In this document: positions 20,485 to 34,075 of the stretch, piece after piece
How the letters are laid out: every line of letters starts with the position of its first letter
Numbering within the stretch: the stretch's first letter is position 1
NCBI GenBank assembly: GCA_010909165.1
Contig: VJWM01000103.1
Location: 806,001-870,000, forward strand
DNA length: 64,000 bases
Origin: Anthoceros angustus
Lineage: Eukaryota > Plantae > Anthocerotophyta
Direction: 5' to 3'
Program-made: the position numbers and the translations under genes
The notes under the pieces: model-generated
What the model saw: only the letters and a program-made list of their open reading frames with translations
Told to the model about the DNA's origin: nothing
The model's database searches: none

Positions 20485-20754
20485 ATGCGAGATCATCGTG
20501 AGGTTTTCAAACATGAAATTCACCTCGAGGTGGAGGGTAACAAGCCCACTTATTATATGAAGATAAAGCTCCAAAAGCACCACAGTTCTCCACAACTTTC
20601 CTCCTCACAAGCAAAGAGTGTTTCTGATGGAAAAGAATTACAAGATCAAGTTGCTCTTGTTGACTATTGCATCCAAGAGAACTCTCATATTGACCGTTCA
20701 AAGTGACCCCATGTAATACGTTCAAGAAGGTGGATATGGATTTTCAAAGCATAA
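20485..20754 (+). pseudogene. Ubiquitin-like domain ORF, unit 2 (frameshifted as assembled)
   Basis: Frames give EIHLEVEGNKPTYYMKIKLQK and DGKELQDQVALVDYCIQENS. Confidence 0.65.
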
Positions 20755-23585
20755 GCTTAGAACATGAAATGTTGGAACAATCGTCCAAGAAGAAGAGTAG
20801 AATTAGATAGCTAGTTTGCGATTCGGGTTGGACCTCAATTGAGCCCAACCTATCATAGCTCAATACATTGAAATAGTATAGTGAAATGTAATAGTAATAT
20901 ATTGACGTGTTATAATGCACAAATGTTCTGCATAAGTGTATTATTACGCTCATGTCTTGCAACAAAAATAATCAACCAAAAGTGCTACGAACTCATATCT
21001 TGCACTAATCGATAGTCATAAATTAAAAATCATATGTTAGTTATAAGAAAATAACTCAAAATTAAATGATTGATTGTCCAGTAAACGAAAGATCAAATAC
21101 AAACTATTAAAAAGGGAATGTAAATGTACATAATATTAAAAATTACCTTCGCTCATACTAATGTCTTGACCCCATGTTCGTGCGGTAGGGCCCCTTGCCC
21201 GAGGTACGTGCATCGAGCCCTCTTGCCCCTAGGTGTGCGCACAAGTGCGCGCACTAGTTGTCCGTGCACTGGGCTTTCTTGCCCCTAGGTGCGTGGACCG
21301 GGACTTCTTGCCCCTATGTCTGCGCACTTATGCACGCACCAGCACCCTCTTGCGAGCAGTGCGCGCACTAGTTGTCCGTGCACAGGCTTTCTTGCCTAGT
21401 GCGCACATGCGTCTTCTTGCCCTGGGTTCTCAAACATGTCTGCGCTGGATCTTCTTGCTCATTTTGCGCAAACAAACTTGCACACTTTCACGTTGGGAGC
21501 GCAAACTTGTTTCTCATCTCATTCCATTCGTTTTCCAACGAAGCGCTTGTTTGGGATTGAATGGCGGACATGCGAGGAATAGCGTGTAACTAGCAGTTAC
21601 GCTTATTTTCACCCCTTCAAAATCGCGGTGCCTACCCATGAATGCGGTACATTGTGACCAAATGAACATGCAGGTTGTGGCGTCGTGGATTTGAACACCA
21701 CATTTAAATTAGCAAACACCCTCAAAAAAGCGAATGCATTTTAAAAGAAGGCGGATTTTAGCCATAACCCTTTTTCAAGACAACGAATTGGAAAATCAAA
21801 CTCTAATGAGACGCGTATGTGAAAATATTGTAGCAAAATTTTCAAGTTTAACCATTGGGCGAGCAAAAAATTCAAAACATTAGGAAAAAAATCTAATTTT
21901 TTGAGGCAAGAGCAAGCACTTGCATGAAGATTTTGGCATTTTTTTACGCTTTTTTCACATTCCTTTTGATTTTTTTTGTTGAATTAAAGGTTCCTTTTGG
22001 CGTTTTCAACCCTTTTGTGCACCTCCGAATGGATATGTCCTCATCTTGACTTATAGGGCCCTCATCTTTTTTTTAGTCATCAAAATTTTGAACTAGTCAT
22101 GAGAACCTTTTGCATCTTGAGACATTTGGCGTGGGCCCAGCTCCAAGTGTAGCCCATTCCGATCTCATTCTCGCACTGTACGCAGATCAAGAGCATTAGG
22201 TCAACGAAGATATTATCATCCCAAAGTCTGAGAAACAAACTCATGTAGAATTCCCAAAGCGAAAGTATAATCTCGGCATTGGTATGAGTGAAAGGTTGGT
22301 GTGAAAACAAGACGAGAATCACGAAGAGCCCTAAAAACTCTAAAACTTGAGGATGCCTTCTATGATCTTCCAAACGCATCCAAGATAAAGATGCCACGGA
22401 ATCTTTGGTCTCTTAGAACTCTTAAACCTTGTTGTGATGTGAATTTTGTTCGGTCATCAATTCATCGAACCGTATGCCAAGTGGACAATTCGGTTCGATT
22501 TGAATAATGCGGTTTGAAAATCCACTTGAGCTGGCGAGCAACATGTGATCAGCAAACTATGGCTTCTCGAGCAAGCCCAAAAATATTGAACTCACCAAAT
22601 CTTATGAAAAGTAAAGCGGACATAAGTGATAGGTAAAAAAATGTCCAACGATATTTTTCATCTCATTTCTAACTCTAGGCAATTTATGGTGGTGGATTCT
22701 CGATTCAATGTGCGTCGGATGGGAGAAACCAAACGATTCAATCAAATACACCAATCTAATTGATACACCAATCATTACTTGCTACGTCGGTGCATTGTTA
22801 TGACTTGGCACAGGCTGGCGAACTTCGCCGACCTACGCTCTCGGTGGCGGTACATAAGAGTCCTAAGGACCCCTCTGATTTGGCAATTTGCCCCGGTACT
22901 CGTTTAGTTTCATAGTTCGATTACATGAACGTGTACCAACTAGGCTCAATTTCGATATTGAATTGAAGCGTAAACGAACCGTAGATAACTAACCATGATC
23001 CCAGACGGTGATCGAATCGGATAGAAATTACCCCAAATCACTCATTTGAGACCCGACTACGGTCTTCATCTTTTTGCATGTATTCCATTGTATGGAAGGC
23101 CAAATCTCATCTCTTTTTGTTTGCTAGTAGGGTTTTGTGCCCAACATCTCGACAAGTAAGCAAATTGTCAATTTGTTTGAACACATTGGTGCTAAAGATG
23201 GAGGCTCATACCTTCAAGGTGATGGAACCATAAACTAAATTGTTGATATGTTGTTTTGCAAACTTGTGAAGTCATCTTGCTAATATGTATTTATAAGCTT
23301 TTTTGGCTATCGGATCTAGAGGCCATTTGGCTATGTTGGGCTAGGATTTGAAAGGAGGAAGATATTGAATGGTGATGACGGTGATGAGGTTCTAGGTTTA
23401 GGCAAGAATCTCTTCACATGTGTGAATTAGTTGCACAACATGGTGGTAGCAAGTATATATCCCTTCATCGAGATTCAGTTGGTGGGTAAAAGAAAGAAGC
23501 AACATGGTTTTGCGCTTTTGATGAGCAAGTATGCAGTCGGATGCTTCAAGATAGAAGATATTGATGAGGATGATTCCTACTACTA

Positions 23586-23919
23586 CCTCAAGGGGTGGTT
23601 CAACAGGGTAATGGCGAAATAATTACTTTTTGAAAAAATGAGGTCCAACATAAATATTTATGTTTTCAAAATTTTGACATTGATGAATTTTTTTATCAAA
23701 TTTCAACATTTATTAGAATACATATGTATCTGTATAGAACTAATAAATATATCTAGACCTCCCCTAAACAGGCCCTAATTTTCCACACAAACCCTAGTTT
23801 CCTTGTTTTCGGCATCTTAAATTCGTAAATTCTTACACGTTGGGTATTTAAAGTATAATAATTTCTGGACTTTTTTACTTTTACTAATTTTAATTAATTA
23901 TGTTGAATCACCCTTCGGG
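23586..23919. mobile_element. MITE, best-preserved copy (unit 3), 334 bp, 19-bp imperfect TIR, TA target duplication
   Basis: TA|CCTCAAGGGGTGGTTCAACA ... TGTTGAATCACCCTTCGGG|TA. Confidence 0.8.
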
Positions 23920-25801
23920 TATGGTAGGTTCTTTCATGTGGTTGAGCAGTTGCGGCCATTCGAGACGCGCTGCAATAGGAGATAGCTTTGAGCCTTGGTT
24001 TCTAGGGTTCAAGGAGCTCGCATGCAATAGGAGATAGCTTTGAGCCTTGGTTTCTAGGGTTCAAGGAGCTCGCAGAGCCCACACGAGCCACCCACCGTGA
24101 GGCCGCCCACCAAGAGCTCGCCCACCATTAACGTATGAACGAGAAATTTTTACAAGATGAAGCGGGCTCGTGTTCAAAATGTAACGTACACACTGTAAAA
24201 TTACGTATTTTAACTTCATAGTTCGTCAAACCTTGGGTTTTTTGCACCAGTTCAGTTCGGACTTCGAAGTCTTTCAAAGGCCAAACCGAACTAAACTCTA
24301 ATCATTACTTGCTTATGTCAGCAGAGTCATCGCCACGTTGAGTCCTGTCCAAGTATTGGTTCGATTCAATTATGTGCTAACGTAGGTTAGATCTGAATTG
24401 AACTGAATGAATGGCCTTTGCGAACTGCCAGTCCGTAGGGGTCTTAAGTAGTTACAACGTGATAACGACTAGGACAAAGTGTTTTAATGTAGAAATGGGA
24501 GCCTTGCGAGCGTCCCTAAAGAGGTCCACATTTCAACCGATGAATGGGCAATTTCAGTGTGCTACATGTACATAGGCGGTTGGACCATTTTATTTTTTGA
24601 TTTTTAGATGAAAATTATATTCTTCAACACGTCAAGAAATTTTCCAGACCTGGGTATTGCCATGTACTTGTAATTTTCATAATAATATGAAGAAAAATAT
24701 TGCCCTGCAAACTTGTACACTTATTATTCTATTTGTTAATTATCCGAAAATCGGTCCATCCATGTGGGGTACTGCATACCTCTTTGATTGGGATTTAGCG
24801 GGTCTAAATTAGGCATTTTCAAGGTTGCTTTATTATCATTATCAGAGGGTGATCTCGTGCAGATCTGTCTTGTAGTTATCAAAACCATGATTTCTCTGAA
24901 CCAATTCAATTCTATTTGTCAAAGTTGACCCTATGTAGTTGGACGGGGCGGTTTGATTTCCTATTTGTCTAACTACGATTTATCTTGGTTTGCACAAGGC
25001 TAGGTACCCTAATGTTGTCTGTATGTTTTATTCATGTGAGGGAAGAGACCCAAATCATGTTTACAACTAGGTCATAGAAATCTAGGCGTTCATAGTTGGT
25101 AACCAACCTTGGTCAACTTCAAAGAAAAATATTACCCACTTCTACAAGCCATTTTGGAGTGAATGATGCATATATTTGTATAATGTGCTTGCACTTGTTA
25201 TTTGTTAAATTTATGATAAATTTACCAATCAATTTAAAAAGTCAATTTGACTTTTTAAAATTACATATTGATCTTGAGCGATAATGTATCTTCATTTGGG
25301 AAAAATTGGACATCCTTGAGCGACAATGTGTCAACTAAATTAGGTCAAGGAAGAATTGGACATCCTTAAACAACAATGTCTATTTAGGTCAAGGAAGAAT
25401 TGAACATCCTTGGACCATGATATATCTATATTAGGTCGAGAAAGAATTGACCGTCCTTGGACCATGGTGTATTTAGCTAAATTAGGTCAAAGAAGAATAT
25501 GTCATGATTCCTTGGACCATGGTATATATATCTTCATGTTTGGGTCCTATATATAGAAGGTGAACACTAGCCTTTATCAATTCATTGTTTCATTAGCTTG
25601 TTATCATATTACTTAAAAGGTAATAGGCTCCTCTATATAAAAGGTGAGCACGGGCTTGTATTAGTTGAAGTAAGTTGTCATACTCCTTCCGATTGAAAAG
25701 CGATAAATTTTGAATTTGATAATATTGCTTTATTAGGTTAAATCTTGTTGAATTACTTCTAGAGTGTGAGCTGAAAACAATAGTTCAAGCACGGTAGCAA
25801 A

Positions 25802-26134
25802 ATGCGGATCATCGTGAGGTTTTCAAACATGAAATTCCCTCGAGGTGGAGGTAACAAGCCCACTTATTATATGAAGATGAAGCTCGAGAAGCACAGCGAA
25901 GTTCTCCACAACTTTCCTCCTCACAAGCAAAGAGTGTTTTACAACGGAAAAGAATTACAAGATCAAGTTGCTCTTGTTGACTATTGCATCCAAGAGAACT
26001 CTACTGTCATATTGACCGTTCAAGTTGACCCCCCGTGTAATACGTTCAAGAAGGTGGATATGGATTTTCAAAGCATAAACTTAGAACATGAAATGTTGGA
26101 ACAATCGTCTAAGAAGAAGATTAGAATTAGATAG
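25802..26134 (+). CDS. Divergent ubiquitin-like protein, unit 3 (110 aa, open)
   Basis: MRIIVRFSNMK...PPHKQRVFYNGKELQDQVALVDYCIQENSTVILTV aligns by eye with ubiquitin [34 protein letters not shown]; no terminal GG. Confidence 0.7.
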   Translation: MRIIVRFSNMKFPRGGGNKPTYYMKMKLEKHSEVLHNFPPHKQRVFYNGKELQDQVALVDYCIQENSTVILTVQVDPPCNTFKKVDMDFQSINLEHEMLEQSSKKKIRIR

Positions 26135-28878
26135 CTAGTTTGCGATTAGGTTGGACCTCAATTGAGCCCAACCTATCATAGCTCAATACATTGAAATAGT
26201 ATAGTGAAATGTAGTAGTAATACATTGACGTGTTATAAAGCACACATGTCCTACATAAGTGTATTATTACGGTCATGTCTTGCAACAAAATATTCAACCA
26301 AAAGTGCTACGGACTCATATCTTGCACTAATCGATAGTCATAAATTAAAAATCACATGTTAGTTATAAGAAAATAAATCTAAATTAAATGATTGATTGTC
26401 CAATAAATGAAAGATAAAATACAAACTATTAAAAAGGGAATGTAAATGTACATAATATTAAAAATTACCTTCGCTCATACTAATGTCTTGACCCCATGTT
26501 AGTGCGGTAGGGCCCCTTGCCCCGAGGTACGTGCATCGAGCCTCTTGCCCCTAGGTGTGCGCACAAGTGCGCATTTGGCTGCGCCTAGGTGCGTGGACCG
26601 GGACTTCTTGCCCTATGTGCGCACTTATGCACGCACCCTCTTGCGAGCAGTGCGCGCACTAGTTGTCCGTGCACTGGGCTTTCTTGCCCCTAGGTGCGCA
26701 CATCGTCTTCTTGCCCCTGGTTCTCAAACATGTCTGCTGGATCTTCTTGCTCATTTTGCGCAAACAAACTTGCACACTTTCACGTTGGGGCGCAAACTTG
26801 TTTTGCACTCATCTCATTCCATTCGTTTTCCAACGAAGCGCTTGTTTGGGATTGAATGGCGGACATGCGAGGAATAGCGTGTAATTAGCAGTTACGCTTA
26901 TTTTCACTCCTTCAAAATCGCGGTGCCTACCCATGAATGCGGTACATTGTGACCAAATGAACATGCAGGTTGTGGCGTCGTGGATTTGAACACCACATTA
27001 AATTAGCAAACACCCTCAAAAAGCGAATGCGCATTTTTAAGAAGACGGGATTTTAGCCATAACCCTTTTTACTGTGAATTGGAAAATCAAACTCTAATGA
27101 GGCAGCGTATGTGAAAATATTGTAGCAAAATTTTCAAGTTTAACCATTAGGCGAGCAAAAATTCAAAACATTAAGAAAAAATCTAATTTTTGAGGCAAGA
27201 GCAAGCACTTGCATGAAGATTTTGGCATTTTTACGCTTTTTCACATTCCTTTTGATTTTTGTTGAATTAAAGGTTCCTTTTGGCGTTTTCAACCCTTTTG
27301 TGCACCTCGAATCTGGATATGTCCTCATCTTGACTTATAGGGCCCTCATCTTTTTAGTCATCAAAATTTTGAACTAGTCATGAGAACCTTTTGCATCTTG
27401 AGACATTTGGCGTGGGCCCGGCTCAAGTGTAGCCCATTCAATCTCATTCTATTGTCTGCGGATCAAGAGCATTAGGTCAGCGAAGATATTATCATCCCAA
27501 AGTCGAGAAACAAACTCATGTAGAATTCCCAAAGGAAAGTATAATCTCGGCATTGGTGGTATGAGTGAAAGGTTGGTGTGAAAACAAGACGCACCGAGAA
27601 TCACAAGAGCCCTAAAAACTCTAAAACTTGAGGATGCCTTCTATGATCTTCCAAAACGCATCCAAGATAAAGATGCCACGGAATCTTTGGTCTCTTAGAA
27701 CTCTTAAACCTTTGTTGTGAACGATGTGAATTTTGTTCGGTCATCAATTCATCGAACCGTATGCCAAGTGGACAATTCAGTTTCGATTTGAATAATGCAG
27801 TTTGAAAATCCACTTGAGCTGGCGAGCAACATGTGATCAGCAAACTATGGCTTCTCGAGCAAGCCCAAAAATATTGAACTCACCAAATCTTATGAAAAGT
27901 AAAGCGGACATAAGTGATAGGTAAAAAATGTCCAACGATATTTTTCATCTCATTTCTAACTCTAGGCAATTTATGGTGGTGGATTCTCGATTCAATGTGC
28001 GTCCGGATGGGAGAAACCAAAGCGATTCAATCAAATCTGACCAATCTAATTGATACAACCAATCATTACTTGCTACGTCGGTGCATTGTTATGACTTGGC
28101 ACAGGCTGGGCGAACTTCGTGACCTCGCTCTCGGTGGCGGTACATAAGAGTCCTAAGGACCCCTACGGTGGCAATTTGCCCACGGTACTCGTTTAGTTTC
28201 ATAGTTCGATTACATGAACCGTGTACCAACTAGATTCAATTTCGATATTGAATTGAAGCGTAAACGAACCGTAGATAACTAACCATGATCCACAGACGGT
28301 GATCGAATCGGATAGAAATTACCCCAAATCACTCATTTGAGACCGACTACGGTCTTCATCTTTTTGCATGTATTCCATTGTATGGAAGGCCAAATCTCAT
28401 CTCTTTTTGTTTGCTAGTAGGGTTTCGTGCCCAACATCTCGACAAGTAAGCAAATTGTCAATTTGTTTGAACACATTGGTGCTAAAGATGGAGGCTCATA
28501 CCTTCAAGGCGATGGAACCATAAACTAAATTGTTGATATGTTGTTTTGCAAACTTGTGAAGTTATCTTGCTAATATGTATTTATAAGCTTTTTGGCTATC
28601 GGATCTAGAGGCCATTTGGCTATGTTGGGCTAGGATTTGAAAGGAGGAAGATATTGAATGGTGATGGCGGTGATGAGGTTCTAGGTTTAGGCAAGAATCT
28701 CTTCACATGTGTGAATTAGTTGCACAACATGGTGGTAGCAAGTATATATCCCTTCATCGAGATTCGAGGTTGGTGGGTAAAAGAAAGAAGCAACGCATGG
28801 TTTTGCGCTTTTGATGAGCAAGTATGCAGTCGGATGCTTCAAGATAGAAGATATTGATGAGGATGATTCCTACTACTA

Positions 28879-29206
28879 CCTCAAGGGTGGTTCAACAGGT
28901 AATGGCGAAATAATTACTTTTTGAAAAATGAGGTCCAACATAAATATTTATGTTTTCAAAATTTTGACATTAATGAATTTTTTTATCAAATTTCAACATT
29001 TAGTAGAATACATATGTATCGTATAGAACTAATAAATATATCTAGACCTCCCTTAAACAGGCCCTAATTTTCCACACAAACCCTAGTTTCCTTGTTTGGC
29101 ATCTTAAACTCGTAAATTCTTACACATTGGGTATTTAAAGTATAATAATTTCTGGACTTTTTACTTTTACTAATTTTAATTAATTAATGCTGAATCACAC
29201 TTGGTG
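28879..29206. mobile_element. MITE copy in array unit 4
   Basis: Same termini and body as the unit 1 copy. Confidence 0.7.
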
Positions 29207-30968
29207 TGGTAGGTTCTTTCATGTGGTTGGCGATTGCGGCCATTCGAGGCCATGCAATAGGAGATAACTTTGAGCCTTGGTTTCTAGGGTTCAAGGAGCT
29301 CATGAGCCATACGAACCACCCACAAGTGAGGCCGCCCACCATGAGCTCGCCCACCATTAGCATTATGAGCAGAAATTTTTACAAGATGAAGCGGGCTGGT
29401 GTTCAAAATGTAACGTATACACTATAAAATTACGTATTTTAACCTCATAGTTCGCCGAACCGATTCAAACCGACGAAACTCTAATCATTACTTGCTTATG
29501 TCGAGTCATCGCCACGTTGAGTCTGTCTAGGTATTGGTTCGATTCAATTATGTGCTAGCGTAGGTTAGATCCGAATTGAAGCGAGTGAATGGCCTTTGCA
29601 ACCGCCAATCCGTAGGGGTCTTAAGTAGTTACAACATGATAACGACCAAGACAAAGTGTTTTAATGTGGAAATGGGAGCCTTGCGAGCGTCCTAAAAGGT
29701 CCACATTTCAACCCATGGATGGGCAATTTTGGTGTGCTACATGTACATAGGCGGTTGGACCATTTTATTTTTGATTTTTAGATGCAAATTATATTCTTCA
29801 ACACGTCAAGAAATTTTCCAGACCTAGGTATTGCCATGCACTCGTAATTTTCATAATAATATGAAGAAAAATATTGCCCGCAAACTTGTACACTTATTAT
29901 TCTATTCGTTAATTATCCGAAAATCGGTTCATCCATGTGGGTCTTGCATACCTCTTTGTTTGGATTTAGCGGTCTAAATTAGGCATTTTCAAGGTTGCTT
30001 TATTATCATTATCAAAGGGTGATCTCGTGCGGATCATCTTGTAGTTATCAAAACCATGATTTCTTTGAACCAATTCAATTCTATTTGTCAAAGTTGACCC
30101 TATGTAGTTGAATGAGGCGGTTTGATTTCCTATTTGTCTAACTACGATTTATCTTGGTTTGCACAAGGCTAGGTACCCTAATGTTGTCTATATGTTTTAT
30201 TCATGTGAGGAAGAGACCCAAATCATGTTTACAACTAGGTCATAGAAATCTAGGCGTTCATAGTTGGTAACCAACCTTGGTCAACTTCAAAGAAAAATAT
30301 TACCCACTTCTACAAGCCATTTTGGAGTGAATGATGCATATATTTGTATAATGTGCTTGCACTTGTTATTTGTTAAATTTATGATACATTTACCAATCAA
30401 TTTAAAAAGTCAATTTGACTTTTTAAAATTACATATTGATCTTGAGCGATAATGTATCTTCATTTGGGAAAAATTGGACATCCTTGAGCGACAATGTGTC
30501 AACTAAATTAGGTCAAGGAAGAATTGGACATCCTTAAACAACAATGTCTATTTAGGTCAAGGAAGAATTGAGCATCCTTGGACCATGATATATCTATATT
30601 AGGTCGAGAAAGAATTGACCGTCCTTGGACCATGGTGTATTTAGCTAAATTAGGTCAAAGAAGAATATGTCATGATTCCTTGGACCATGGTATATATATC
30701 TTCATGTTTGGGTCCTATATATAGAAGGTGAACACTAGCCTTTATCAATTCATTGTTTCATTAGCTTGTTATCATATTACTTAAAAGGTAATAGGCTCCT
30801 CTATATAAAAGGTGAGCACAGGCTTGTATTAGTTGAAGTAAGTTGTCATACTCCTTCCTTGATTGAAAGCGATAAATTTTGAATTTGATAATATTGCTTT
30901 ATTAGGTTAAATCTTGTTGAATTACTTCTAGAGTGTGAGCTGAAAACAATAGTTGAAGCAGTAGCAAA

Positions 30969-31244
30969 ATGCGGATCATCGTGAGGTTTTCAAACATGAA
31001 ATTCACCTTTCGAGGTGGAGGTAACAAGCCCACTTATTATATGAAGATAAAGCTCCAAAAGCACCACGAAGTTCTCCACAACTTTCCTCCTCACAAGCAA
31101 AGAGTGTTTTACGATGGAAAAGAATTACAAGATCAAGTTGCTCTTGTTGACTATTGCATCCAAGAGAACTCTCATCATATTGACGTTCAAAGTGACCCCC
31201 ATGTAATACGTTCAAGAAGGTGGATATGGATTTTCAAAGCATAA
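30969..31244 (+). CDS. Divergent ubiquitin-like protein, unit 4 (91 aa, open, probably with compensating indels)
   Basis: MRIIVRFSNMKFT...KIKLQKHHEVLHNFPPHKQRVFYDGKELQDQVALVDYCIQENS. Confidence 0.65.
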   Translation: MRIIVRFSNMKFTFRGGGNKPTYYMKIKLQKHHEVLHNFPPHKQRVFYDGKELQDQVALVDYCIQENSHHIDVQSDPHVIRSRRWIWIFKA

Positions 31245-34075
31245 GCTTAGAACATGAAATGTTGGAACAATCGTCCAAGAAGAAGAGTAGAATTAGATAG
31301 CTAGTTTGCGATTCGGTTGGACCTCAATTGAGCCCAACCTATCATAGCTCAATACATTGAAATAGTATAGTGAAATGTAGTAGTAATACATTGACGTGTT
31401 ATAAAGCACACATGTCCTACATAAGTGTATTATTACGGTCATGTCTTGCAACAAAAATATTCAACCAAAAGTGCTACGGACTCATATCTTGCACTAATCG
31501 ATAGTCATAAATTAAAAATCACATGTTAGTTATAAGAAAATAAATCTAAATTAAATGATTGATTGTCCAATAAATGAAGATAAAATACAAACTATTAAAA
31601 AGGGAATGTAAATGTACATAATATTAAAAATTACCTTCGCTCATACTAATGTCTTGACCCCCATGTTCGTGCGGTAGGGCCCCTTGCCCCGAGTGCGTGC
31701 ATCGAGCCCTCTTGCCCCTAGGTGTGCGCACTAGTTGTCCGTGCACTGGGCTTTCTTGCCCCTAGGTGCGTGGACCGGGACTTCTTGCCCCTAGGTGTGC
31801 GCACTTATGCGCAGCACCCTCTTGCGAGCAGTGCGCGCACTAGTTGTCCGTGCACTGGGCTTTCTTGCCCCTAGGTGCGCACATCGTCTTCTTGCCCACG
31901 GGTTCTCAAACATGTCTGCTGGATCTTCTTGCTCATTTTGCGCAAACAAACTTGCACACTTTCACGTTGGGAGCGCAAACTTGTTTGCGCACTCATCTCA
32001 TTCCATTCGTTTTCCAAAAGCGCTTGTTTGGGATTGAATGGCGGACATGCGAGAATAGCGTGTAATTAGCAGTTACGCTTATTTTCACTCCTTCAAAATC
32101 GCGGTGCCTACCCATGAATGCGGTACATTGTGACCAAATGAACATGCAGTTGTGGCGTCGTGGATTTGAACACCACATTAAATTAGCAAACACCCTCAAA
32201 AAAGCGAATCGCATTTTCGTAAAGAAGGCAGGATTTTAGCCATAACCCTTTTTGACTGTGAATTGGAAAATCAAACTCTAATGAGACGCGTATGTGAAAA
32301 TATTGTAGCAAAATTTTCAAGTTTAACCATTAGGCGAGCAAAAATTCAAAACATTAAGAAAAATCTAATTTTTGAGGCAAGAGCAAGCACTTGCATGAAG
32401 ATTTTGGCATTTTTACGCTTTTTCACATTCCTTTTGATTTTTTGTTGAATTAAAGGTTCCTTTTGGCGTTTTCAACCCTTTTGTGCACCTCCGAATGGAT
32501 ATGTCCTCATCTTGACTTATAGGGCCCTCATCTTTTTAGTCATCAAAATTTTGAACTAGTCATGAGAACCTTTTGCATCTTGAGACATTTGGCGTGGGCC
32601 CAGCTCAAGTGTAGCCCATTCCAATCTCATTCTCGCACAGCGGATCAAGAGCATTAGGTCAAGAAGATATTATCATCCCAAAGTCGAGAAACAAACTCAT
32701 GTAGAATTCCCAAAGGAAAGTATAATCTCGGCATTGGTGGTATGAGTGAAAGGTTGGTGTGAAAACAAGGCACCGAGAATCACAAGAAGAGCCCTAAAAA
32801 CTCTAAAACTTGAGGATGCCTTCTATGATCTTCCAAAACGCATCCAAGATAAAGATGCCACGGAATCTTTGGTCTCTTAGAACTCTTAAACCTTGTTGTG
32901 AACGATGTGAATTTTGTTCGGTCATCAATTCATCGAACCGTATGCCAAGTGGACAATTCAGTTTTCGATTTGAATAAATGCAGTTTGAAAATCCACTTGA
33001 GCTGGCGAGCAACATGTGATCAGCAAACTATGGCTTCTCGAGCAAGCCCAAAAATATTGAACTCACCAAATCTTATGAAAAGTAAAGCGAGACATAAGTG
33101 ATAGGTAAAAAATGTCCAACGATATTTTTCATCTCATTTCCTCGGAACTCTAGGCAATTTATGGTGGTGGATTCTCGATTCAATGCGTCCGGATGGAGAA
33201 ACCAAAGCGATTCAATCAAATACAGCCAATCTAATTGATACAACCAATCATTACTTGCTACGTCGGTGCATTGTTATGACTTGGCACAGGCTGGCGAACT
33301 TCGCCGACCTCGCTCTCGGTGGCGGTACATAAGAGTCCTAAGGACCCCTACGGATGCAATTTGCCCACGGTACTCGTTTAGTTTCATAGTTCGATTACAT
33401 GAACCGTGTACCAACTAGGTATTCAATTTCGATATTGAATTGAAGGAGCTCGTATTGAAGAAGCGAACAGATAACTAACCATGATCCACAGACGGTGATC
33501 GAATCGGATAGAAATTACCCCAAATCACTCATTTGAGACCCGACTACGGTCTTCATCTTTTTGCATGTATTCCATTGTATGGAAGGCCAAATCTCATCTC
33601 TTTTTGTTTGCTAGTAGGGTTTCGTGCCCAACATCTCGACAAGTAAGCAAATTGTCAATTTGTTTGAACACATTGGTGCTAAAGATGGAGGCTCATACCT
33701 TCAAGGTGATGGAACCATAAACTAAATTGTTGATATGTTGTTTTGCAAACTTGTGAAGTTATCTTGCTAATATGTATTTATAAGCTTTTTGGCTATCGGA
33801 TCTAGAGGCCATTTGGCTATGTTGGGCTAGGATTTGAAAGGAGGAAGATATTGAATGGTGATGACGGTGATGAGGTTCTAGGTTTAGGCAAGAATCTCTT
33901 CACATGTGTGAATTAGTTGCACAACATGGTGGTAGCAAGTATATATCCCTTCATCGAGATTCGAGGTTGGTGGGTAAAAGAAAGAAGCAACGCATGGTTT
34001 TGCGCTTTTGATGAGCAAGTATGCAGTCGGATGCTTCAAGATAGAAGATATTGATGAGGATGATTCCTACTACTA

